The notes under the pieces are model-generated. The model worked only from the letters and a program-made list of their open reading frames with translations, did no database searches and was not told the origin of the DNA. This document shows, piece by piece, positions 12,239 through 23,816 of a stretch of DNA of 31,519 nt. The position numbers were made by a program, and so were the translations under genes. Within the stretch, counting starts at the first letter, position 1. Each line of letters starts with the position of its first letter. Location: NCBI RefSeq assembly GCF_006345805.1, contig NW_021832183.1, positions 1 to 31,519 on the forward strand, written 5' to 3'. The stretch comes from Octopus sinensis. Lineage: Eukaryota.

Positions 12239-12597
12239 GATTCATAAAGGTTGCGCATGCGTGAAGCCCAGAGTAGCTATGGATTTACCCATAAATAAAT
12301 GCGTTTTAATACATTTATAGGATACTCCTTTCACGGCTTCAGTTTATTTGAGTTTTTCAGCATGTATTATGAATCAACAAATTAGTGTTTTATGCTTAAT
12401 TAGTCTTTTATCCCTAATCAACAAATTAATGGCTTATGCAGATGAGAGATCTAAGATGCTGCAGTAAAATGCATCTACATAACGTAATGTTGCTGTTGAT
12501 ATTTAGCACTAGATTAAAGCTAATCCAAGAGATCTATTAAAAGCAATCCGTCTGTCTGTTCTTATTTTCAAATTCGGTTCGTCTAAGAATGTCATTT

Positions 12598-12797
12598 TAT
12601 CTTGTTCGCCCACTTATTCCTCGAAGGGTCGTGGAGGAGGAGCCCTCAAGCACGTCTTCCACCGGGTCCTGTCACAAACAATACTCCATTTGATCCGACT
12701 GGATCCCCAAGCGATGTTATACCACCACTTTGCTCGAGTCTTGCACCTGGATCACCTGCTGATTGGCTTTGCACGTGAAAATGACCAGCGATTCCTT
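12598..12797 (-). mobile_element. RTE-clade (Rex3/Expander-like) LINE 3' end relic
   Basis: Minus-strand translation ends DRTRWKTCLRAPPPRPFEE*, resembling the 'R..W..LL..LPPRP' C-terminus of that clade; frameshifted. Confidence 0.5.
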
Positions 12798-13142
12798 TCC
12801 GAGATAATTTTTACCACATATTAATATCAAAGTTGCGATCTTTCAAAATCTGAAAATAACTTACCAAATCTGTAATTCTCCTTTCAAGACAGAATAGTAT
12901 AATTTTGAAGGAGACTTAGCTTCTATTTCTAGCAATTCACGTGGCATTTTGCACATTATTTGTCGGCCCTTACACTGGGGATGGTAGTTCTTTGTTAAGG
13001 TCTACATCATGGAATCAATGTTCCGTTATTATTAGCTCAGCCGTCCTATATTTCCATTGCGATATTTCACTGCACAGCTAAACACTTACTTGGGCATTTT
13101 GCGAAGTATGTGTTGCGTTTCGATTTTTTATTTTGTGTCGGT

Positions 13143-13470
13143 GTCATCGTCATCATCATCATCATCGTCATCATCATCATCATCATCGTCATCATCATCA
13201 TCATCATCATCATCATCGTCGTCGTCGTCATCATCATCACCATCACCGTCGTCGTCGTCGTCGTCGTCGTCATCATCATTATCGTCATCATCGTCTTCAT
13301 CTTCCTCCTCCTCCTCCTCCCCTCCTCGTCGTCGTCGTCGTCGTCATCATCATCGTCGTCATCATCGTCGTAGTCATGATCACCATCACTGCTGTCGTCG
13401 TTGACATCATCATCATCATCATCGTCGTAGTCATCATCCTCATCGTCGTCGTCATCGTCATCTTTATCAA

Positions 13471-13505
<35 letters not shown>

Positions 13506-13530
13506 CCACTGTCATCATCATCATTATTAA
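13143..13530. repeat. (CAT/CGT)n microsatellite
   Basis: Directly visible; source of poly-D/H/S ORFs. Confidence 0.96.
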
Positions 13531-14091
13531 TATTATTTATAGGTGGCAGTGGCGGTACTAATAGTGGTGACACTTGTAATGGAAGAATGGCTGATTAGAT
13601 GGATAAGATAGCCGAACTAAGATAGTTGAAAGGTTTGGTTCGGGGGTAAAGAGCCATCACCATAGGGAAGGTTAAAATCAATTGGAGCAACAAAACGAGC
13701 GTGTCCTTTAGAAATATGGCTAGTTTTGCGACAGCAGTATGTATAAAATGGTGTGGTCAGCTCACAATGGCCTTCTAACCACTCTTAATCAAAGTATTCA
13801 GTCGAGCAAATGACTGGAAAATTGTACAATGCCATCGACAGGGAAGAAGAAAGAGAAAAATGACCGATCCGGTTGACCGCACATAAGTGCTGGAAAGATT
13901 GTAATTCTACAGTGGAAAATCTAATAAAACTTACACTCTTTGGTCATGTGATCTGACCAATAATAAACTAGGTCATGTGATCATGTGATCTAACACGCAA
14001 ATGGCCCCCAACGAAAATGAAACGAAAAAAAAGAAAAGAGAAACGAACGAGATGAGATGAGAGTGTGAGCGAAAAGAAGAGAGAGAAAAAG

Positions 14092-14109
14092 AAAGACAGA
14101 TAGATAAGT

Positions 14110-14141
<32 letters not shown>

Positions 14142-14242
14142 ATAGAAGGATGGATGGATGAATGGATGGATGGATGGATGGATAGATAGATGGATTGATT
14201 GATTGATTGAAAGATAGATTAATAAATAGATAGATAAACAGG

Positions 14243-14286
<44 letters not shown>

Positions 14287-14457
14287 CAGATAGGTAGAGA
14301 GACAGACAGAGAGACAGATAGATAGATAGACAGATACATACATAGTTAGATATATATATAGAGAGAGATATATAGAGAGATGGCTAGATAGATGTATTGA
14401 TTGATTGAAAGATAGATAAACAGATAGATAGATAGACAGATAAAAAGACAGACTGAT

Positions 14458-14488
<31 letters not shown>

Positions 14489-14532
14489 TATATATATATA
14501 TATAGATATATATATATAGAGAGATAGATAGA
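14092..14532. repeat. (GATA/GATG/GATT)n compound microsatellite
   Basis: Directly visible. Confidence 0.95.
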
Positions 14533-15127
14533 ATGAGGGAGTAAAAGCCTAAGAGATTGTTTATGAGACTTATTAAATATGAAATATGCTTGGACACTTT
14601 TAGGCAAACAGATGAGTGTAGACATATTCATCTAGTTAATTTAGACACAGAGCCAAAGTACACACGGACATAAAACACCACGCACACACACATACACACA
14701 CACAGAGACATAAAACACCACGCACACACACACATACACACACACCACACACACACATATAGATGCGCTTACATATTCGCGTACACATATACGCACATAT
14801 ATTCTCATAAACACACGTGTGCTTGTGGTCTCACAATACATATGAAAGAAACCACAGGCACACGTCTGCGCATGTGTGCGAGTGTACATACTCCTCTCGT
14901 ATGCATATATGTGTGTATACGTGAGTGTGTCGTCGGTGTTACTGGTCTCTTAATATTTATATCAATTTCCTTTGAGGATGCCAGTGTATAGAACCAAACA
15001 GATGAAGCGTCCATCTGCTCAAATGGTCAGCGGTATTCATCTTATTGTACGGATTATCCGAGTCTTCATAACAGCAATAATTCTGAAGTGAGCAACTGTC
15101 AGAATCTTTTATCTCGCATTAAAGAGG

Positions 15128-15842
15128 ATACATAAATACATGCATACATACTACATACATATATACATACATACATACATACATGCATGCGTGCATACAT
15201 ACATACATACATACATACAGGCATACATACATACGTACATACAAACATACATTCATGCATGCATGCATACATACATACATACATACATATATACATACAT
15301 ACGTGCGTACATACATACGTACATACATGCATTCATACATACATACATACATGCATACATACACACTCACATACATACATACATACATGCATACATACAT
15401 ACATATATACATACATGCATACATACATACGTACATACATACATACATACATACACACATACATACATACTACATGCATACATACATACATACATACATA
15501 CATACATACATACAAACATACATACATACATACATGCATACATACATACATACATACATACATACATACATACATACATACATAAATACATATATACACA
15601 CGTACATACATACATGCATACATACATACATGCATACATACATACACACATACATACATATATACATGCATACATACATACGTACATACATACATACATA
15701 CATACACACACATACATGCATATATACATTCATACATACATACATACATACGTACATACATACATACACACACACATACATACACACACACATACGTACA
15801 TACATACATACATACATACATGCATACATACATACATACATG
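15128..15842. repeat. (TACA)n microsatellite
   Basis: Directly visible; followed by degenerate (TA)/(TG) repeats to about 16380. Confidence 0.97.
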
Positions 15843-15972
15843 TATAGATATATAGATATGTGTATGTATGTATGTAAGCATGTACATCTGTAAATACTGT
15901 TTCAGGGTCTTAAACTTTTTACATCACTGAATTCCTCTCACATATTAAATGCAATTAGTAAACGCACTAATT

Positions 15973-16017
<45 letters not shown>

Positions 16018-17251
16018 ATATATATATTTATATATACACTTATTTTTTTTATATGTCTATATTATATATATATATATATATATACATATATATATGTATA
16101 TATATATATATACATATATATATACATACCACATCTATATATATATACATATATTATATGTATATATATATACATATATTTGCATATATCTTAACATGAG
16201 TATATGTATGTACATGTATGACTATATACAACACACGCACGCATACATATATACATACATTTAAGTATATATATATATGTATATTGCATAAAATATACAC
16301 ACACATGTATCCAACATCCCTATATATATATATATATTATATATATATATATATATTATATATAAATATATATATGCATGTTCCAATTCTTTAAATTATT
16401 AAATGATATTAATTGATCCTCAATTAATGTAATTTATAACAGTAACATATTAAGTTTACGACACTCCTTAGCGACATGCATAAATATATACGTTAGACCT
16501 ATGTCTTTAACGATATGTACGTATTCAATATTAATCTGTGCTTAAACATATCACTTCCACTTGAGAGAAATAATATTAGGAGTGTCTGTTACATTCTATT
16601 GTGCAACGTTTATTTCACCGACCGGAAAGCATAATGGGTTGATGTTGGGATTCTCTTCATGAATATTATATTGATACACACTCACATAACATATTCTCTT
16701 CTTTCGTTTTAGTTTCACATTAAGCAGGCATCGTACATACATACATATATGCATACATACATACATATGTGCATTCGTGCGTAAGTGCATCCAGGTACAC
16801 ATTTTTACTCGTACATATACGTACGAACATACATACATACATGGAAGTTGGTATGCATTTGTACATGCCTACATTCCTAGATATGTGTGCCTGCATATAT
16901 AAATATATACATGTATATATATATATATATACACATATATATATATATACATATATATATGTGTGTGTGTGTGTATGTGTGTTTGTGTGTGTATGTATAT
17001 GCTTAAAGCTTATGATGATCAGCGTGCAATGAGTAAGAAAAATAGTCTAATAACGGGGCATATAAGCCTTCAACAGAAAAAAGAAGGTTCTGTCCCACTG
17101 CGTGGTACCTTGGACAAGTGTTTCCTTCTATAGCCTTGGGTTGACCACATATATAGATATGTAGTTGGAATTTACAAAACGCAAAAGACGAAGGCAGGTG
17201 TGTAAACAACAAACAGGTGTAATATTTTAACGTTCGGGAAGGCGAGAAAGT

Positions 17252-17287
17252 CTTTTACGTTTCGAGCCTACGCTCTTCAACAGAAAG
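17252..17287 (-). ncRNA. Minimal hammerhead-like motif (A6U core deviation) in a Penelope-terminus-like element (about 17160-17315)
   Basis: Minus strand: CUUU CUGUUGA A GAGC GUAG GCUC GAAA CG UA AAAG. 4-bp stem I, 4-bp stem II, palindromic ACGU stem III. Confidence 0.5.
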
Positions 17288-17339
17288 GAACACAAGAAAA
17301 TAATCAGAGGGAGAATATATATATATATATATATATATC

Positions 17340-18079
17340 ATAAATCTCTGAACGAGGTATAAACAATAGCTGCACGACAATGTGAAGTATATTTGCCACT
17401 TAAAATGTGGCTAACCACTATGTGTGGATGCTACTGTAGCTTGTGGCCCCAGGAGAACATCTCCAGCTGGTTATTGACACACTTTCTGTGCCTTATCAGT
17501 ATTTGCAAGGGAAGCCATCCTTCCCATCAACGACCTGACGTGATACGCATGGACCCGTCGTCTGCGCACGACAATCACCGGTCTTCGATGCGAAGGGGTC
17601 CCAATGCAAATTCATGTATCTTTTTTCCAGTGACGAAAAGTCACTGATCTCGAAAAAGCGTAAACAAGCAATAATAAATCTCTGAACGAGGTATAGACAG
17701 TAACTGCATAACAATGTGAAGTATAGTTGCCACTTAAATGTGGCTAACATCTAAGGGTGGATGCTACAGTAGCTTGTAGCCCCAGGAGAACATCTCCAGC
17801 TGGCTATTGACACTTGCTGTGCCCTATCAGTATTTGCAAAGGGAAGCCATCCTTCCCATCGTCGACCTGACATGATACATTGTCGTGCAGTTACTGTTTA
17901 TACCTCGTTCAGAGATTTATTATTGCTTGTTTACACTTTTTCGATATCAGTGACTTTTCGTCATTGGACAAAGGATATATGTATTTGCATTGAGACCCCT
18001 TCGCATCGAAGACCGGTGATTGTCGTGCGCTGACGACGGGCAAATATCCAGAAACCCGGGTCCGTGCGTATCACGTTAG
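17340..18079. mobile_element. 334-bp tandem repeat (1.6 copies) plus inverted partial copy; Penelope pseudo-LTR/retrozyme-like
   Basis: ATAAATCTCTGAACGAGGTATA at 17340 and 17674; 17877-18079 is the reverse complement of about 17535-17717; carries a hammerhead motif. Confidence 0.8.
18024..18068 (+). ncRNA. Minimal type-I hammerhead ribozyme candidate with GUC cleavage triplet
   Basis: CGUGCG CUGACGA CGGGCAAAUAUCCA GAAA CCCGGG UC CGUGCG. Canonical core, palindromic ACCCGGGU stem III, 6-bp stem I (2 G-U), weak stem II with a C-A mismatch at its base. Confidence 0.65.
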
Positions 18080-18165
18080 ACGGGTAGTCATGATGGGTAT
18101 ACTGGGCTTCGTATATTTTACCCCAGTGTCACTTTGATGGCATGCACTGCTCTGTCCCTCAATGG
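18079..18165 (+). mobile_element. Short right-end fragment of the (TAA)n-associated element at 18431-18977
   Basis: GACGGGTAGTCATGATGGGTATACTGGGCTTCG...TTTGATGGCATGCACTGCTCT matches 18895-18972; followed by (TAA)n. Confidence 0.8.
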
Positions 18166-18362
18166 TAATAATAATAATAATAATAACAATAATAATAATG
18201 ATGATAATAATAACAACAACAACAACAACAACAACAATAATAATAATAATAATAATAATAATATAATTAATAATAATAATAATATAATAATAATAATTAA
18301 TAATAGTAATAATAATAATAATAATAATATAATAATAATAATAATAATAATTAATAATAATA

Positions 18363-18430
<68 letters not shown>

Positions 18431-18433
<3 letters not shown>

Positions 18434-18974
18434 GCCCTGATGCAGTACCAAGCACTGGCTCTCATGGCTTCTGATCTTAACTGATTGGAAGTGTTATCAT
18501 GTACATTGTTTTGTCTTGGTATAAAAGATGGGCCACAGCAAATATTCTGCTCAATACCACAGATTTGCTTGTCAGTTGTTTGACCTTAACCAGTTGAGCA
18601 TGTTCCTTAGTGGCTGATGATATGTGCATCTCTGATTAGAAGCAGAAGTTGTTGGGGAGCATCATAGCCATGAGTCTTTGGGGTTTGAATAATTAATCTC
18701 TGGAAACATGGGTGTTTCGTTCAACATCCTTAAACATCCCTTATTCAGGGACCTTTTGAGCGAGATGGGTTACTCGACCAGAAGAAAATTCTAACTAGGC
18801 CCCACCTGCAAGGTCATGTGCTGTTTATCTTGATATGAGATCACCATGTCGTGCACATATGGTTGTGATGCATGTGCCTAGTGTACCCTTATCAGACGGG
18901 TAGTTATGATAGGTGTACTGGGCTTCGTGTATTTTGTCCCAGTGTCACTTTGATGGCATGCATTGCTCTCTCAC

Positions 18975-18977
<3 letters not shown>
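18431..18977 (+). mobile_element. Unclassified ~550-bp element embedded in (TAA)n, probable non-LTR retroelement fragment
   Basis: Bounded on both sides by (TAA)n; its right end is duplicated at 18079-18165; no recognisable ORF. Polarity is inferred from the truncation pattern. Confidence 0.55.
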
Positions 18978-19035
<58 letters not shown>

Positions 19036-19044
19036 TGACGATGA

Positions 19045-19398
19045 TAAATGATATGGCATGCCCAGCTGACAACAAGGTATGCGATAAGGAAGAAAGAAAA
19101 GTTGAGAGATTTGACTGGTTAGCTTCGGAAGTAAAGCAGTTGTGGTCGATAAAAAAAGGTAGCATTAGTACCAGTAATTGTTGAAGCCCTGGGAACAGTG
19201 AGTAAAAATCTCGAGAGGTAGATGGAACAAAGAGGGGCTGCAATAAGGGTGGAGCACTCGCAGAAAACAGCACTGCCTGGAGCCGCTTGAATACTCCGGA
19301 AGGTGCTCGAAAAATAAGAGGTGTTATCTTAGTTCACTGGTAGTGAACAGCTGACACTGTAGTACATCCCCAGTGTCAGAAGCTGTGCAAAGGCAATC

Positions 19399-19399
<1 letters not shown>
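19045..19399 (+). mobile_element. R4/Dong-clade non-LTR retrotransposon 3' fragment (restriction-like endonuclease domain)
   Basis: DMACPADNKVCDKEERKVERFDWLASEVKQLW, frameshift in an A-run, then VPVIVEALGTVSKNLE...QKTALPGAA*ILRKVLEK* (stop 19315-19317); short 3'UTR and (TAA)n on both sides. Confidence 0.85.
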
Positions 19400-19452
<53 letters not shown>

Positions 19453-19498
19453 TCGAAAAATACCGTAGGAATGAGAATCCAGGTTAGAAATTTCCCCA

Positions 19499-19544
19499 GA
19501 CACCTGATGAAGGTTGGAGGGTATATCAGCCGAAACGTTGTGTT
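19499..19544 (+). ncRNA. Minimal type-I hammerhead ribozyme candidate in a Penelope-terminus-like fragment (about 19451-19567)
   Basis: GACAC CUGAUGA A GGUUG GAGGGUAUAU CAGCC GAAA CG UU GUGUU. 5-bp stem I, 5-bp stem II, canonical core, palindromic ACGU stem III. Confidence 0.72.
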
Positions 19545-19967
19545 AACAACAAACACGATGAGGACATGCATACATACATACACCCATTCACACACATGAA
19601 TACACACATACATACATACATACATACATGCATGCATAAATACCTACATATATGTACATATACATACGTACATGCATGCATACATTCATAGGCGCGCCCA
19701 CACACACACACGCACACTGACCCACACACATGCGCACAAACAAAAAAAAAGGAACGCAGTGTAAATAACGGACAGAGTCAAGACTATTGAAAAGGTTACA
19801 AGACGCAACAAAAATTTTAGGAAAATGAAAGTAAGTGGAAATAAGTGGAAATTTTTACCGATGAGTGTGTTACATTATAAGGCACTAAAAGAAAATGGAC
19901 TCTCCCCAGACACTACACAAGACGAGGACAAATATCTGTCAAATGTAAATAATGTAAAAGAAGATGC

Positions 19968-19998
19968 TATTGTTGTTGTTGTCGATGATGATGATGAC

Positions 19999-20031
<33 letters not shown>

Positions 20032-20138
20032 AAAGGTGATGAAGGTGATGAAGGCGATGATGATGATGATGATGATGGTGGTGGCGATGGTGCTGTTGAT
20101 GATGACGACGACGACGACGACGATGATAGCTGTGATGA
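19968..20138. repeat. (GAT/GAC)n microsatellite
   Basis: Directly visible. Confidence 0.93.
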
Positions 20139-20164
20139 TCGTCTTCTGTGAAGAAATTTATCAC

Positions 20165-20348
20165 GTAGCTTGCTAACCTACCACATGGTTCCGGGTTCAG
20201 TCCCACTGCGTGGCATCTTGGGCAAGTGTCTTCTGCTATAGCCCCGGGCCGATCAATGCCTTGTGAGTGGATTTGGTAGACGGAAACTGAAAGAAGCCTG
20301 TCGTATATATGTATATATATATATATATGTATATATATATTATATATG

Positions 20349-20402
<54 letters not shown>

Positions 20403-20622
20403 ATATATATTATATATATATATATGTATGTGTGTGTGTTTGTGTGCTGGTGTGTTTACATCCCCGTCACTTAGCGGTTCGGCAAAAAGAGACCGATAGA
20501 ATAAGTACTGGGCTTACAAAGAATAAGTCCCGGGGTCGATTTGCTCGACTAAAGGCGGCGCTCCAGCATGGCCGCAGTCAAATGACTGAAACAAGTAAAA
20601 GAAAAAGAAAAAGAAAAGAAAA
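20165..20622 (+). mobile_element. SINE family A, slightly 5'-truncated, expanded internal (TA)n
   Basis: Near identity to 7305-7690. Confidence 0.92.
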
Positions 20623-20711
20623 AATACAAGACCATCTTTTCTCTAGCAGGCATTTCTTTCATTTTAGGAAATATTAATTCTATTGCTACTATTATTAATT
20701 TACAATAACGT

Positions 20712-20922
20712 GCCGAGTTGGTAGAATCGTTACCGCGTCGGGCAAAACATTTAGTAGCATGTCATCCGTCTATGCGTTCTGGGTTCAGATTCCGCCGAGG
20801 ACGATTTTACCATTTATTCTTTCGGAGTCGATAAAATAAGTACCAGTTGAACACAGGGGTCGATGCAACCGACTAGCCACCCGCTTCTAAAATTGCTGAC
20901 GTTGTGCCAAAATTTGAAACCA
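20712..20922 (+). mobile_element. SINE family B, diverged, tail variant 2-like
   Basis: GCCGAGTTGGTAGAATCGTTA...GTCGATAAAATAAGTACCAGTTGAACAC...TTGTGCCAAAATTTGAAAC. Confidence 0.82.
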
Positions 20923-21195
20923 TTATTAACATAAGGTGTTACTGTGTTACTATGTTAATATGGTAAAAGAACCAAAATGAAAGTAATACGTGGTTTTTTT
21001 TCCCTATTTATGTCCTGCATCCCCACCGCCTTTACCGTTCACATGGATTACAAACGACATTGAGAGAAGTTTCTAGAAACACATCAAATGTCGTACATTA
21101 ACACGTGACACAAATTATCCCGCCAAAAGACAACTGTCTTCACCGTTTAAATCACATGGTAATTCCTCTAATTGAATCGAACGTTGAGTGTCGCA

Positions 21196-21770
21196 AACAC
21201 ACACACACATGAACACACAAGCACACACACACACACAGACACACAGAGGAATACACACACGCACACACTCAGAGGAACACACAAACACATACTCAGAGGA
21301 ACACGCATATATATATATACATCCATACACTCACATGCTATTCGCATGCAGGCAATTATTCCTCGGTGTAGCCAACTACAAACATGCATGCACACGAGCA
21401 TGCGCGCACACACTCACACACATGCAGACACACACACACGCACAACACATAGAGGCACACACACAAACTGATTTCTATACATATTCATGCATACACGCAC
21501 GCAGATACATACACACTCACACAGACACAAACAAACACACATATATACACACATATACACAAATATTCACATATGCCGAAACACGTGACAGACACATGCA
21601 GGCGAAGACACACTCACACACACACACACATACACACACACGCATACACACACACACACTTCAACAAAAATACGGACGCACATTGCTGTTATATATATAT
21701 GCATGTACACACACACACACATGCATGTACTCACACACACACACACAAACGCAATTATAGACACACAAAC
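21196..21770. repeat. Degenerate (CA)n-rich low-complexity tract
   Basis: Directly visible. Confidence 0.9.
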
Positions 21771-21814
21771 GCCAATAAAATATGAAGTTCACATAAAAAA
21801 GAGTCTTTACATGG

Positions 21815-22005
21815 TCGACTCAATTCCAAGAAATAGCAGCGAAATTTCTTTAAATCTCCCTCTAACGTCTGCAAAACTTGACGCGTTTGATATTGTGACC
21901 CTGGTTTGCCTACTGCTCATAGGCAAAATAAACGGTATGGCAGTCTCTGGAATCTCTTTGATCACAGGTCTGGATGATCGGGGCTGAATTAGGGCTAAAC
22001 ATCAT
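21815..22005 (+). mobile_element. Probable third SINE-like family, diverged
   Basis: AAGAAATAGCAGCGAAATTTCTTTAAATC resembles the reverse complement of 997-1026 and 12901-12934; ends GGGCTAAACATCATC before a trinucleotide tract. Confidence 0.35.
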
Positions 22006-22136
22006 CATCATTATCAGCAACGCCATTATCATCTTCATTGTCGTGGTCAACGACGTGGTCATCGTCGTAAACAAGAGCAACAAAAACAAATTATGACAAT
22101 AACAACAATAACAACAACAACAGCAATAATGATAAT

Positions 22137-22192
<56 letters not shown>

Positions 22193-22340
22193 TGGTGATG
22201 ATGATGATGATAATAATAATATTCTTGAATTGTGCACAAGTCCAGCAATTTTACATTAATCCCAGTACTTAAATTATAACAATAATAATTCTTCTTGATT
22301 TGGGCACAAGGCCAGCAATTTTATATTAACCTCAATGCTA

Positions 22341-22744
22341 GTGGCTGTGTGGTAAGTAGCTTGCTTACGAACACATGGTTCCAGGTTCAGTCCCACTGCG
22401 TGGCACCTTGAGCTAGTGTCTTCTACTATAGCTTCGGGCCGACCAAAGACTTGTGAGTGGATTTGGTAGAAGGAAATTGAAAGAAGCCCGTCGTGTATAT
22501 GTATATATATATGTGTATGTGTGTGTGTGTATATGTTTGTGTGTCTGTGTTTGTCCCCCCAACATCGCTTGACAACCGATGCTGGTGTGTTTAGGTCCCC
22601 TTAACTTAGCGGTTCTGCAAAAGAGACCAATAGAATAAGTACTAGGCTTACAAAGAATAAGTCGTGGGGTCGACTTGCTCGACTAACGGCGGTGCTCCAG
22701 CATGGCCGCAGCCAAATTACTGAAACAAGTAAAAGAGTAAGAGT
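22341..22744 (+). mobile_element. SINE family A
   Basis: GTGGCTGTGTGGTAAGTAGC...ACTGAAACAAGTAAAAGAGTAAGAG. Confidence 0.92.
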
Positions 22745-22789
22745 AATAATAATTCTTCTTGATTTGGACACAAGGCCAGCAATTTAACA

Positions 22790-23680
22790 AAGGCGAAGGA
22801 TGAAGGGACAACACAAAAACAGACAAAGTGTGGGGGTTGACATACAATGAAATGATATGAAAAAATGCGGCGAGCTGGCAGAACCGTTAGCACGCCGGGC
22901 GAAATGCGTAGCCGTATTTCGTTTGCCGTTACGTTCTAAGTTCAAATTCCGCCGAGGTCGACTTTGCCTTTCATCCTTTCGGGGTCGATAAATTAAAGTA
23001 CCAGTTACGCACTGGGGTCAATGTAATCGACTTAATCCGTTTGTCTGCCCTTGTTTGTCCTCTCTGTGTTTAGCCCCTTGTGGGTAGTAAAGAAATAGAT
23101 ATAAAAAAATGAAAAAGTCTACACGGCATACAATGAAAAAGAAGGGACATATGAATAACATATAGAGGTTTAAAAAATGTAGTGAAGAGGATGATAGAGA
23201 TTTGACCTTCCTAACACAGGAAGGCCTCTATGGATAATCAAGGAACCCCACTGTCCGACATTTCCCTGAAACCCCAGGAGCAACTGCCCTCTGTAATTCC
23301 TTCTCTGCGACTCACATGTCTACACTTAGTGAGGTACCATCCACTTTTGCCATTTTCGCAACTTTCACTCACCTTTCAATAAACTCACTCGAGGATAGCA
23401 CGTCCCTCTCCACTCTCAATTTCTTTTTTTCAAATGAAACTTGAAGAAATCAATGAGAGCCCTACCAAAGAGGAATGCGTCTGTCCTCATGCCTTGACCA
23501 CTAAACAACCCCTTTCGACGCAGCCACCAGGCAAAGGGGAAACTGCCTTGCCTGCTCGACTGAAGGAGGTTGGCGGTGCAATTACCCCTTCAGACTCGGC
23601 CAACAGACGGACCCATCCCGCACATGACAGCAGCTGTTCGACATAACTCCACAAGGCAGCAATACCCGGACACGGAACGA
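22790..23680 (-). mobile_element. Second, diverged Tx1/L1-clade LINE 3' fragment with nested SINE B
   Basis: Minus strand: PCPGIAALWSYVEQLLSCAGWVRLLAES..PPTSFSRAGKA..KLRVERDVLSSSEFIER..KMAKVDGTSLSVDM* (stop 23312-23314), homologous to 11130-11540. The left boundary is approximate. Confidence 0.78.
22867..23097 (+). mobile_element. SINE family B, full length, tail variant 1, nested in LINE 3'UTR
   Basis: Near identity to 10054-10285; TSD GATATGAAAAAATG (22854-22867) / GATATAAAAAAATG (23098-23111). Confidence 0.93.
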
Positions 23681-23816
23681 GGGAAGAAAGGCAAAGATGG
23701 TTTCGGTTGAATTTGAAATCCGAATGAATGATCGGAAGAAAGGCAATTTGTCCGGCTTGCGAACGATTCAGTCAGTTTGCCGCCTTAAAAACATCAACAA
23801 TAACAACAATAACAAC

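Noticed and set aside
13590-13920. Possible very decayed RTE-type reverse transcriptase fragment
   Set aside because: Only a vague resemblance, with many stops and no diagnostic motif.
19825-20151. 108-aa acidic ORF
   Set aside because: The acidic part is a (GAT)n microsatellite; the N-terminal part is short and unrecognisable.
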